64,000 nucleotides of DNA, from positions 1 to 64,000 of IMG/VR virus record IMGVR_UViG_3300036778_000017; one strand, given 5' to 3'. Position numbers and translations under genes: made by a program. Shown here piece after piece: positions 9,167 to 19,445 of this stretch (positions are counted from its first letter, which is position 1; each line of letters starts with the position of its first letter). The notes beneath the pieces are model-generated. The model was given only the letters and a program-made list of their open reading frames with translations, was not told where the DNA came from and searched no databases. This DNA is from a virus (Duplodnaviria > Caudoviricetes).

Positions 9167-10302
9167 CGTTCCTTCTCCTTGTATCTGTTGAGCATGGCAT
9201 GGATCTGCACGTGCCATCGCGCTATCTCTACCCGATGCTCCGGCGACACGTCCTCGCCGCAGTGCATGCAGATCGGTTGTTCCTGCTCGCCGCCGTTGAT
9301 GCAGACAGGACCGTAGTGCAGCGAGCGCCCGTTCGGTCTCTGTCCGCACAGATTGTAGATGCGATGCTTCACATGATCCCTGCGAAGTTCAGCAGCTTCA
9401 CGAACATGATGCCACCGAAGATGACGTAGCAGAGCAGACACAGAAGCCACTGAAGCTGACCGTCGGTGGCCAGCTTCTTGATTAGCCAGACACCGAGCAG
9501 CATGCAGATCGCCAGTACTGCCTCGATGATGATAAAACTCACTGCTCCCTGTGCAGACATGCCCAGATATCCTCCCGCTCTTGGTTGTGCGTGCCCGACT
9601 GGACCGTGGAGGTACCAGTACGTTCGCTGGACCCAGTCGGGCATCTGCTCGAGTGTCATCTAGTAGAACCAGCGAAACGCCAGATAGCTGGCGATGATGA
9701 GACCAGCCGCCGCGCATCCGTAGACAGTGATGCGCCGAAGCACGGCGTCGGTCGCGTCATCGAACTCGCTCACGACGTTGGAACCTTGACATCCACGTGG
9801 AGAGTGTTGATGGTTCCCTCCTCGCTGACTGACTGAGAGCCCCACATGCTCACCTCTACGGCGCGATTGGCTGGCCACGGCTGAAGGATGTTCTCCAGCG
9901 CGGCGAAGACCTGCGAGCGAGCAGTCTGCTCGGGCTCCGCCAGCTTGCTCATCTGCGCCATCTTCTGGTGATAGTCGTCCATGCACGCCTTCGCGTCGCC
10001 CTTGAATGAGTAGCTCCAGCTCATGATCCTGCTCCCTGCGGAGGAATGAGAGGTTTCGCTCTGGCCAACTCCGCCTTGGCCAGGATCTCGAGACTGTCGG
10101 CGATGCGCTTGATGTCGCTGAGCACCAGAGCACCGAGCGTGTGAAGAGCCTCCTCTCCAGCCTCGGCTGCCTCCTTCGCCATGGTCGCGGCCTGCGCGAC
10201 TGTGGACCCGCTCTTCAGTGCCTCGTCCACGCCTCGGTCGGCTGCCTTGAACGAACTCACGATCACGCCGAGCAGCGTGTGGATCTCATTATCAAGCGGC
10301 AT
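9163..10302 (-). other. Five small hypothetical genes between terL and terS: 9163-9372 (Cys-rich), 9369-9659 (2 TM), 9660-9773 (1 TM), 9770-10024, 10021-10302
   Basis: Tightly tiled ORFs, mostly with ATGA/GTGA overlaps. Confidence 0.6.
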
Positions 10303-10840
10303 CGTCTATGTCCTCCTCGTCGTTGTCTGTCTGCACCGGCTCGTCTGCGAGCGAGGCGTCTGCTCCCTCGTAGCCCCTGCCGTCGAGCTCGTCGTCGTAG
10401 TCCTCCTCCTGCCGCTCGTGAACAGCACGAGCGACGCCCTCGGCCAGCGACCGAAGAGCCGGGGGCACCGGAAGCCCGCGCTCGGTGAGGCGATCGACTG
10501 CCTCCTGCGCGGACAAGGTGCGGTCCGTCTTGTCGTGGACGTCGACCTGAAGGGGCATCACCTTCTCCAGCATGCGACCGAACACGGCTGGTTCAGCCCG
10601 CGACAGCCAGACGAGATACCCGACGGCTCCGTCCTTGCCCTTTCCGTCTCGACCAGAGGCCTCCGCAGCGGCGAGGATCGCCTCCTTCAGGCGAACCCCG
10701 AACTTGTTCTTGGCTCCCTTGGGTCTACCGAGACCCTCCTGTCCCTTCTTGAACGGAACGAGGTTCTGCGGATTTCCTCGACGACCCTTGGGCATCTTGG
10801 GAGCGCGAACACTCTTCCGCTTGTGAGAGGACTTCGCCAC
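10292..10840 (-). CDS. terS: Terminase small subunit
   Basis: PFKKGQEGLGRPKGAKNK N-terminal DNA-binding motif, acidic tail, first gene of the packaging operon. Confidence 0.7.
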   Translation of the reverse strand: MAKSSHKRKSVRAPKMPKGRRGNPQNLVPFKKGQEGLGRPKGAKNKFGVRLKEAILAAAEASGRDGKGKDGAVGYLVWLSRAEPAVFGRMLEKVMPLQVDVHDKTDRTLSAQEAVDRLTERGLPVPPALRSLAEGVARAVHERQEEDYDDELDGRGYEGADASLADEPVQTDNDEEDIDDAA

Positions 10841-10881
10841 GGATCCTTCCTCAGTTTTCCTGCGCGTTAAATATCAGGGAC

Positions 10882-10893
10882 CACGCTACCGCC
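10882..10893 (-). promoter_or_regulatory. ops element (RfaH recruitment site) GGCGGTAGCGTG
   Basis: Plus strand cacgctaccgcc is the exact reverse complement of the canonical 12-nt ops; intergenic, between the rfaH-like stop and the terS start. Confidence 0.8.
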
Positions 10894-10949
10894 GCCCCGG
10901 ACTGAATGCCGAGGGATTGCAGAGCGCCTTGCGCATGTGTCGAGCTCTT

Positions 10950-11459
10950 TCAGGCGAGCTCGGTGACCCGATACTCCGTCGTGCGAACCTCGCGGCCCAG
11001 CAGACTGAAGAGTACCTCGACCCGACCACTCGACTGCATCTGTGTCAGCAGACCCGCCGAACCGGCGAACCGCCCTGAGCGGGGGACAACTGTGTCCCCG
11101 ACACGATGCAGCTTGGTGACAGGATCGATGTAGTATCCCGCGTCATCTACGCTATCGCTGAGGAAGAACTGCAAGTCGTCATCCGCCAACTTGGCAGGCT
11201 CACCGCAGTTCATCAGCAGCGAAGAGACGCCGCGAGTATTCCTGATCGACCACCACGCCTTCGTCTCCCTGACGAACACGTAGCCCTCGAACAGTGCGAC
11301 AACACGACGGACGCCAAGACGGTTCGGCTCAGTCCTCATCAGCGGAAGCTCGACCTCGTAGCCCTGTCGGCTCAGGTGCCGACGAGCCTCGAGCTCGCTG
11401 TGCTCGTGAGTCGTCGCCACGAGCCATCCCAACTTTCGCTTCCGTGAGTTCCTCGCCAT
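10950..11459 (-). CDS. NusG-family transcription antiterminator, RfaH-like (NGN + KOW)
   Basis: WLVATT...ARRHLSRQG...LFEGYVFV...IRNTRGVSSLL; KOW region GDTVVPRSGRFAG...RVEVLFSLLGREV. Confidence 0.9.
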   Translation of the reverse strand: MARNSRKRKLGWLVATTHEHSELEARRHLSRQGYEVELPLMRTEPNRLGVRRVVALFEGYVFVRETKAWWSIRNTRGVSSLLMNCGEPAKLADDDLQFFLSDSVDDAGYYIDPVTKLHRVGDTVVPRSGRFAGSAGLLTQMQSSGRVEVLFSLLGREVRTTEYRVTELA

Positions 11460-11909
11460 TCCGCCCTCGCCCGCCGCTGGCCAGCTGCCCAACACAACCC
11501 ACAACCGCCAGCGGCCAAACCCTGCCACGGCATTCCGCTGATCCGCAAGGCCCCCTTCGGCGGCGGAACCCTCGCGCCTAATCGCGGCTCCGCCAATGAT
11601 GAGCGCATGCACAAGCGCACGTTCATCACGGGCATCCCCGTGTCGCGTGAATTGCTTGCAACCTGCATTTTTCCGTTTGCCCAGCAATTACAAGCACTTG
11701 ACATGCAACCACCCCCGCCCTCCTGCAACCACTTTCGGGCATGATCCGTCACCTGAACGATGACTTTGTATCGCAAAGCGGATGCACCGGGCAGTCACAA
11801 ACAAAAAGTTATGCACAGCCCCCGGCGGACCACTTTTTCGGCTGCGCTCCGCCCCGGCCGGGCCTAAAATGCCCGCTCTTGTGGTTGCAACTTGTGGGGT
11901 AATACAACC
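11460..11909. promoter_or_regulatory. Divergent control region with TGCAACCAC repeats
   Basis: Non-coding gap between divergent genes; AT-rich patches; TTGACA at 11698-11703; repeats at 11704, 11724 and 11881 (inverted). Confidence 0.6.
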
Positions 11910-13032
11910 GTGCTGAGACGTCATCTAGCTGCGCTGGCCAGCGTCACGCGCACTCCTTCGCTGGAGTATCGCGTGCGCCAGTATTTCAGACTTGGGGGAG
12001 AGCCGTTTCTTCAGGCCCTGCGGAGAGCAGGACTGGGACAGGCGGACATTGTCCTGTGCATGATGCGCATCAACACCCGTCGATCAAGGGAGATCGCGGA
12101 GGCGCTCATCGGAAGGCCGATCACCGTGGCTCAGGCGTGTCGGCTCACTTGGCAGTCTAACACTCAGCGACCGACTGTTCGGCGGCAGCCGGTCATCACG
12201 TGGATATGTCCAGACGTGTCGATCAGGAGAAGGACGCGGCTCGCAGCCGCGTTCCAGGAGTTTCGTGTCGGACGCACGCGAGAGCAGTTGATGTCGCGTG
12301 GCGTCTCTAGAGGTGACCTCCGTCGCGCAATCAGGCGCGGCTGGATCAGGATGGCGGGAGTCGATCTGTGAAGAAGGTGAGGGTGAAGAAGGTCAGGGTC
12401 AGCGACGCTGACGAGAAGAACAGACTGCGCGTTGCCGAGGAGCGACTGATGCACGCGGAGCAGGTCTCGAGGATGGCGGACGAGAAGTCCTTCGTGCTGG
12501 TGCCGATCTGTGCCAAGAACGTGACGCGAGCAGCGTTCATCCGGGCCGTGGCGGACAGCAAGACAGAACTCGTCCACCGAGAGTGGCCGGAGGCCATGCA
12601 GGCGGCCCGCGACATGAGCGAGCACGGCGCGTTTGAGCTCGTGTACGTGTTCAGCAGAAAGACAAAGTCCCGCATGCTGGGGACGGCGGACAACGGGAGA
12701 GTGAAGTGAGCCCTAGCATATATCCGACGCGGGACATGGAGACGGCGGCCACCGAGCGCCGCGTGGAGCATCTGCGATCGGTCGAGACCATGCTCGCCGT
12801 CGAGTGCAGATGCCTGAAGGAGGAGACGCTGAGGGCGCTGGCGCTCGACCTGCTCGACAACCGAGAGCGCGTCTGGCATCGGCTGGACGACGGAACGCCG
12901 CTACCTTCGGCGGGCCTGTCCGTGATATTCGGGCGCGACTGCCTCGGCTTCGTGCACAACGCGACACACCTCCTCGGGTCACGCGACATCGAGAAGTCGT
13001 GGATCGAGGAGTGGACACAGATACTGATCTGA
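11910..13032 (+). other. Three hypothetical genes: 11910-12371, 12368-12709, 12706-13032
   Basis: Tiled plus-strand ORFs with GTGA overlaps. Confidence 0.6.
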
Positions 13033-13719
13033 CTGAGCAGGAGACAACAGATGGGGAAAGATCACAGTGACGAACGCACGAACGCCGACCTCAGGCGAAC
13101 TGAGGCGATCCTACGCGGAGCTCTTGGAGATCCGCTTGACGGTACTGGAACTGATGCACGCAGATCTCATCTCGACGACCGTCGCTCTCGCGAGCAGCAT
13201 GGCGGCGCTGAGAGCCCTGCGGAAGTTCGACGAGAGAGGATAGAACATGTCAGTCGCAAGTTTCCTCTTCATGATCGCATACTCTGGGACGAGCATCGTG
13301 CAGGTCTACGGTCCCCTGTCCATGACCGACTCCGAGTGCTGGACGATGGCCGCGAAGATGACTATCACGAGTACTCCGGGCCTGCCTCGCATGGAGTATT
13401 CCTGCGAGAGGAGACCGTTGTTGAGAGATGCTGGTGGTTCCTCCAGGACAACTGGCGCACCGTCGTCGGCATCTCGTTCGTCGCCGCGTCGGCCGGGTTC
13501 CTCGCAGCAGTGATCCTGATGGAGTTCCACTGATGTCCTGGACAATACGATTCTGCTCTGTCTGTCGCGTCGACACTTGGCACGAGAATGGCGTGTGCGA
13601 GTGGACAGACTCGCATCGTCCGTCTGGTCGCTACGTCCCAGACCTGCAGAGAGACGCTGTCAATCCTAAGACAGGATTGACGGAGCTCGAGCGGCGAGCG
13701 CGATACACGTGCGCCTGTC

Positions 13720-14208
13720 ATGGTTTCTGGAAAGAGGACTGCCCGAGTGAGAAGAACAAGACAGAAGTCGGACAACGGTCTGCGCCCCCTGATGCGGGAT
13801 CGCCTGCGTCAGGGGATATGGTGGACGACGATTGAGACAGGTCTGGTCACGCAGGGCGTGCCGGACACGAACTACATCAGTGACGGGGGAGTCGAGGGCT
13901 GGTGCGAGTGCAAGGCGACCGACGGATGGAAGGTGAAGTTCCGTCCGATGCAGGTCGGCTGGCACGAGCGTCGCTACCGCATGGGCGGCAGGACATGGAT
14001 CGCCATCAGGCGACAGACGCGCGGCGGCCCTCGACAGGGCGCGGCGGTCGACGAGCTCTACTTGGTTCCTGGATGCTACGTGATCGAGCTCCGCGATCAG
14101 GGCATCGACTGCGGGCGCGCGCAGTTCATGGGAGACGGTGGTCCGGAGCGCTGGCGCTGGCGCGACGTCCGCCGGGCGCTGCTCGGGCCGGTTGTGCAGC
14201 GCGCCTAG
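13720..14208 (+). CDS. PD-(D/E)XK nuclease, VRR-NUC / Holliday-junction resolvase-like
   Basis: GVPDTNYI...WCECKA...FRPMQVGWHERRYRMGG. Confidence 0.75.
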   Translation: MVSGKRTARVRRTRQKSDNGLRPLMRDRLRQGIWWTTIETGLVTQGVPDTNYISDGGVEGWCECKATDGWKVKFRPMQVGWHERRYRMGGRTWIAIRRQTRGGPRQGAAVDELYLVPGCYVIELRDQGIDCGRAQFMGDGGPERWRWRDVRRALLGPVVQRA

Positions 14209-14251
14209 CACTACCCCAGATGCCCCTGCACTACCCGGGTACCTTGACCCC

Positions 14252-14267
14252 AGAACGCCATTAGCGG
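14252..14267 (+). repeat. 16-bp motif AGAACGCCATTAGCGG, copy 1
   Basis: Identical to 49235-49250; both lie at convergent-gene junctions. Confidence 0.8.
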
Positions 14268-14559
14268 TCCGCCCAGCTGCCTTCCGGCCGCCCGATAGGT
14301 AGGTAGCGCCCGGCCCGGCCCAGCGGCCCGGGCGGGCCGCCCTAGCAGGCCGCCGGGTGGCCAAAACCGGCCCCCTACGGCACCATTGCGCAACGCCCTA
14401 GCCCGGGCAGGCCCCCGGGGCTGGCCAATGGGCCGCCGGGCTAGGGGCGCTCGCGAGCCCGTGCTGCTCGCGAGCGCTGACGGCGGCCCAGCTTGTACGC
14501 GCGCTGGACCGGACCGCCGTGTTTCGCGCGTCACTGCCCTCTTGGCAGTGCGCTCCTTC

Positions 14560-16112
14560 TCACGGCCACGTCCACCACACGACCAGCACCGCGAGCGCGA
14601 CCAGCACTGTCACCACCATTCCCTCCCAAGGCACCGTCCGTCCTCCCACCACCAGCTGTCCCTGCTTCCACATGGCCTCCTCGTCGCTGCGCGCCACGTC
14701 TCCGCAGCTGCACACCATGCGATAGTCGAGACTGTCCCCAATGAACGTCATGTCGTAGTCATGTCTGTGGATCTTCATCCTTGTCCTCCCATGGCATCTT
14801 CGGCAGCGTCGGCTTCGGAGCGCGAGCGGCCCGCGCCGACAAGGCCGCTCTGCGCTGCATTCCCTTGGCGTCCATGTCGCTCAGCGTGCGGTGCATGCCC
14901 GTCCGCAGCGAGATGAACGTCCTGGCTCTAGGCTTGTCCTTGTCGTCTTCTACCACTGCGAGAACCCTCCACTTCCTCTCTCGTTGGCGTAGATGCGCTT
15001 CAGCGCCGCGTACTGATCATCAGTCAGGTACGACAGCCTCTCCCAGAAGTCCCTCAGACTGGCGATGAACATGAGAGTGCTGACGTCGTATCTGCGCTCG
15101 CCCACGGCGTCGAACATGGGGCCTATGTCGTCGTCCGTGCGCTTCGTGAAGTCCCTCGGGCTGGGTCTCGGCGCCCTCGCGCCCCACGCGGACCCCCGCT
15201 TGGACGGAGGCGTGCGATAGTCGGGGGTCGGTGCGAGCTTGGGACCGTGGAGCACTTCGGCCCACGTCATCTGCTCAGCCTCCAGCATTCTGTTGGCGAG
15301 GCGCACGGCGTTCAGGGCCTCGCCGTCTCCGGTGCTGAACGTCATGCCCATGATCTGCGCCAGTCGCTTGCGATCAAGTGCCACCGAACTGCTCCCTCGA
15401 TATCACCTCGCTCTCCGCTGGCGTCAGGACGTGAGCCGCTCTCTGGACACGGACCCATGCCTGATTGCGACGGAAACGTATCTCGCGCTCCAGCGTCGCG
15501 ATCTGTTCGAGCTCGTTGCTGACAGAAACGTAGACCGCGAGCGCTTCTCTGTACTCCGTCAGGTTGTCGGCCACACCACGCCCCTCTTTGTCAGCTGTCG
15601 ATGAAGGAACATCGCCATGCGAATGGCGTCCTCGCGCCACTCGAGCTCGCGGCCGTTGTCCGGACCCGCGAACATGAGGCGCTCTGCCCACGTGGCGAGG
15701 ATTTCGCTGTGCACGTAGTCGCCGCGAACACCCATTCTGTCGTTCTGCTCGGCTATCAGTATCCACTGCGCCATGTCGCGGACTATCGGCTGTATGAGAT
15801 GCGGATTGGTTGGATCTCTCATGATGGATCTCCGAGCCGGATCGTGAACGTGCCGACGACGTCCTCGCCGTGCCTCCACAGCCCGATGATTGCAGGATCA
15901 CCGTGCTTCCAGAAGCTGACGCGTGCACCGCTCCTGATGGTCGAGCTCCGGTCGCTCAGCGTGTACTGCCCGTCGACGTCGTGTCCCTCGAACACGCGTG
16001 TCCCGATCGAGATGACTAGCCTGTTGTTCTGCTTGATCACCTTGCACTTGTCGCTGTCCGAGCCTCGGTCGCCGTAGTACATAGTGATCTCTGCATCGCG
16101 ATACGTCGTCAT
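14560..16112 (-). other. Small hypothetical genes: 14560-14778 (TM), 14759-14956, 14950-15384, 15559-15822, 15819-16112
   Basis: Tiled minus-strand ORFs with overlapping start/stop codons. Confidence 0.55.
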
Positions 16113-16522
16113 GTGACTTCTCCCTTCGGCCAGAAGTACGGCATGTCTGGCTTCACTCTCCAACCCATGCGGCCGTACCACGCGGGGTCCTTCCTCAGAA
16201 GATTGCTCTTGTGGCTGTCGTGCAGGCGCGGATCACCGAGCCAGCGCGGAGCCTCGTCGCCGTGGTCGAGCATGTGGGGCACGACCATGTTGTTCACGTA
16301 GCCTCTCCTCACCCACTCCTCCACGATTGCATCCATGTACTGCACCAGCTGCGACACGTGGCCGTCCCACATCGTCACGGCCGGGTGGAAGCGCCAGCTG
16401 GAGCCGGGCACCGTGAGGGCCATGATTATCTGGTAAGACTCCACGCGCTGCTTTCCGAGCCGCTTCCAATCGAGACACTTGGCCGAGCGCGCGAAGTCCG
16501 GATATGGCAGGAACGTGATCAC
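16109..16522 (-). CDS. Pyrimidine-dimer DNA glycosylase / endonuclease V-like (MSMEG_6728-like)
   Basis: TFLPYPDFARSAKCLDWKRLGKQRVESYQI...HPAVTMW...PRWLGDPRLHDSHKSNLLRKDP...YFWP. Confidence 0.85.
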   Translation of the reverse strand: MITFLPYPDFARSAKCLDWKRLGKQRVESYQIIMALTVPGSSWRFHPAVTMWDGHVSQLVQYMDAIVEEWVRRGYVNNMVVPHMLDHGDEAPRWLGDPRLHDSHKSNLLRKDPAWYGRMGWRVKPDMPYFWPKGEVT

Positions 16523-17896
16523 TCCGGGCCTCCGTTGAGCATGATGTCGCAGATGGCTGGAGCCTGCCTGTCGCTGATGACGGCCTCCGCGAACGGCACG
16601 TCGTGCTCGTCGAAAAGAACTATGTGCGGCCCGCAGTTCGGGTCGCCGCACCACATGACCGAGATGTGATGCGCTGTCTTGATCTGGCGTCTGTCTAGCG
16701 CCCGATACTTCTTGCTCACTGTCATTCTCCCTTGATGCAGTCTTTTCCATCCTTGCCGCAGCGCACTTGATAATCAAATACGTCGCGCGGATTGTTCATG
16801 TTGTACACTGTCCAAGTGCTGACCAGACCAAAGTGCTTGGTCTGTGCTTCCTTCTGGCAGTTGGCCACTGACGTAGTTCGATACCATTCTTGGTTTGGAG
16901 ATATAGCCCAACCAGAATATGTGATGAGACAAGCAACTATGATACCTTCCATGTCCATTCTCCTTATGACTTCTTCCCTCCTGCCCACGGCAGTTCATCG
17001 TGAAACATCACCATCGGTCCTTGCTTGTGAGGCGTGCCCACTATCACGGACGAGGACGTCAGGTGCTGCTGCCTTGCGTTGAAGACAATCCTCGACACGC
17101 CCGTCGATGTCAGCGATGGATACGATGGTGGTTGTCTGCTGGACGAGTCTGCTGAGACAACGTCTGGTCGCACGACAGGATGCTTCTTGCGGAGGCGCTC
17201 TATCTCCGCCCTGCGCTTCTTCCACTTCACTCGCCATACCCCACCTTCAGCTTGAATGAGAAACGCACCTTGCCTCTCACGCGGATGCTGGTGCGTGCAC
17301 CGACGTGCAGAATGCTGATGTCCTCCAGCAGAACGCGCTCGCTGACGAGCTCGCGGAACCGTGCGCGTAGCCAGTCCTGCAGAGTGCTCGTGCATCCGCC
17401 GATTGTCTGGACGACCTGACCGTCTGGGGACCACGGAACGTAGTGCCTGACCTCCGGCGTCGGGATCACTGTCACGATCGCGTCACGAGGAATGTCGCCG
17501 AATGACCTGATCTTACTGACCATGGCGTATCCTCGCTGCTAGTTCGAACGCCTTCAGGTCGTCGAACTCGTGAACGAACTGGAACAGCTTCAGCCACGAA
17601 TCGGCCGTCAGCTTCTCGTAGTGACTAGGCTCCATGTTCAGCTTCACCATGACCTCGTCCGCGCCCGGCATGTTCAGGAGCTCCATCGCCTTGCGCACCG
17701 TGGCCGCGCGCTCAACCACGCGCTGACGCGGGATCTTATTCACGATCGCGATGCACGCCTGCACGCCCAGAATGAAGTGTCGTGCCTGATCAGGGCTGAG
17801 CTCGTGATACACCTTGGACTCTGCCTCGGTGATCAGCTTCTCGAATTGTCTCTCACCCGGTATCAATGCGGGTATCAATGAGAATGATAGTGCCAT
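16519..17896 (-). other. Small hypothetical genes: 16519-16725, 16722-16988 (low GC), 16995-17237, 17227-17523, 17513-17896
   Basis: Tiled ORFs. Confidence 0.55.
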
Positions 17897-17917
17897 TGCT
17901 CTCTACTCCTCTCATGC

Positions 17918-17947
17918 AAATAGGGACCGCCCCGAAGGACGGTCCCT
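17918..17947 (-). terminator. Intrinsic terminator with UUCG loop
   Basis: GGGACCGTCC-TTCG-GGGCGGTCCC-TATTT downstream of the stop at 17966. Confidence 0.8.
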
Positions 17948-17965
17948 TGCTCGGCCTCGAGCGCG

Positions 17966-18622
17966 CTACTTGACGGTGATCCATCCTTGTCCGACAGCGA
18001 AGTGCAGGGACGCCGTGACACCACCGGCCTTCACGAAGTCCTTCACCTTCTTACCGTTATACTTGATGATCCGAGCGACGCGCTCGAATCGACCAGAGCC
18101 CTCGCGAGCCGGATTGGTCTTGATCTTGACGTGGATCGTTTCCTCGCCCGTGTAGCGGGTGCCGCCTCCAGCGGCGGTACGAGCATTGGAACTCGAGGCT
18201 TTCTTCGACGCCTTCTTGGCCACCTTCTTCGCAGGGGCAGCCTTCGGGGCAGTCTTCTTCGCAGTCGCTGTCTTAGCCATGGTACTCTCTTCCTTACTCT
18301 TGATCTCCTTCTGCACTGCCGTCTTGGCAGGCTTCTTCGGAGCACTCTCCTTCTTGGACGGTGCCTTGTCGGCGCTCTTCTTGGTCTTCTCCGCCGCGGA
18401 TTTCTCCGCGTGGAACTTCACGAGAGCATCGTGGAGCGGAGGGATCACCTTCTTCAGTGCGTCCGGCTCCTCAGTCTCGATCAGCAATTCGTCTGGGACC
18501 TTTAGTCCAATGTCGTGTGCTGTCGCCAGCATGTCGGAGTACAGTCCGTTCACCGTCTCGTATCCGTACGTGCTGAGTTCCGCGAGTTCCTTGGACCAGT
18601 CCTTCAGTTTCTTAGCAGCCAT
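17966..18622 (-). CDS. Lys/Ala-rich (histone H1-like) protein with a conserved C-terminal domain
   Basis: AKKTAPKAAPAKKVAKK repeats; C-terminal NPAREGSGRF...TVK domain paralogous to 22922-23593. Confidence 0.7.
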   Translation of the reverse strand: MAAKKLKDWSKELAELSTYGYETVNGLYSDMLATAHDIGLKVPDELLIETEEPDALKKVIPPLHDALVKFHAEKSAAEKTKKSADKAPSKKESAPKKPAKTAVQKEIKSKEESTMAKTATAKKTAPKAAPAKKVAKKASKKASSSNARTAAGGGTRYTGEETIHVKIKTNPAREGSGRFERVARIIKYNGKKVKDFVKAGGVTASLHFAVGQGWITVK

Positions 18623-18722
18623 CTGGCTCCCCATTTGCGTAGTGAAAACACCCTAGGTCCCGAGTGGGACCCGACACAAAGCATACGCCCGTCCAGCGTC
18701 TGCGGCAATCGTCGTCGCGTCG

Positions 18723-19445
18723 CTATTCTGCTGGTGCGGCACCCCCGATCGTGCTCCGCCCGGGCGGGGGCAGATGGTGTGTCGTGAAGTGTGCGATCAT
18801 GGTCGCGAGCTCCACCTTCGCCTCGTCGCGAAGCTTCTGCGTCTCCTCGTTGTCCGTCTCCTGCTTCAGGCGACCAAGCCCGCTCTCGACGCTCTCCATC
18901 ACCTCCTCACGTGTCGCTCGTCTGCGCTGCGCGTACCAGCGTATCGGCTCGGTCGGCTCGCCCATGCGTATCAGCACGCGACCATCGTGGTCCTGGAACG
19001 GCGTCAGCTTGTTCGTGATAAGGACCGCTGTCACGCCCGGATTGCGCATGATGCCGATGCCAGCCGGAGCCTGATGTCCCTCCGGCAGGTCCACGGCGTT
19101 GCGCTTCATGCGAGGCTGTGCGAGGAACGGACAGGCGATAGCCGCGTACTCTGCGCACGACAGATGACACGGCGGCTCTGCGCTGGTCTTGGTGATAACG
19201 CACATGGGGCCGGCGACGAACACCAGCTTCTTGCCGAGAGGCTGGCCACATATCCAGCACAGTCGATCCCTCATGCACCTGAACTGTGTCTCTGGTGGCA
19301 CCACTCGCAGGTCCCACTCGCCGTCCACCTTGGCGGCGAAGAACGGAACTGGATAGCCCTGCCTAGTGACGGGCCGCTCCCGTAGATTGTCTGGGAGCGG
19401 TATCTCTCGGATGCTGGTGTTCAGCATGTCTGTCGTGATCTTCAT
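18723..19445 (-). CDS. Conserved phage Cys/His-rich hypothetical protein
   Basis: GYPVPFF, LCWICGQPLG, GPMC, EPPCHLSCAEYAAIACPFL. Confidence 0.7.
   Translation of the reverse strand: MKITTDMLNTSIREIPLPDNLRERPVTRQGYPVPFFAAKVDGEWDLRVVPPETQFRCMRDRLCWICGQPLGKKLVFVAGPMCVITKTSAEPPCHLSCAEYAAIACPFLAQPRMKRNAVDLPEGHQAPAGIGIMRNPGVTAVLITNKLTPFQDHDGRVLIRMGEPTEPIRWYAQRRRATREEVMESVESGLGRLKQETDNEETQKLRDEAKVELATMIAHFTTHHLPPPGRSTIGGAAPAE

Noticed and set aside
13035-13835. Several overlapping candidate ORFs between 13035 and 13835
   Set aside because: The true reading frames could not be resolved by eye, so no individual calls were made.
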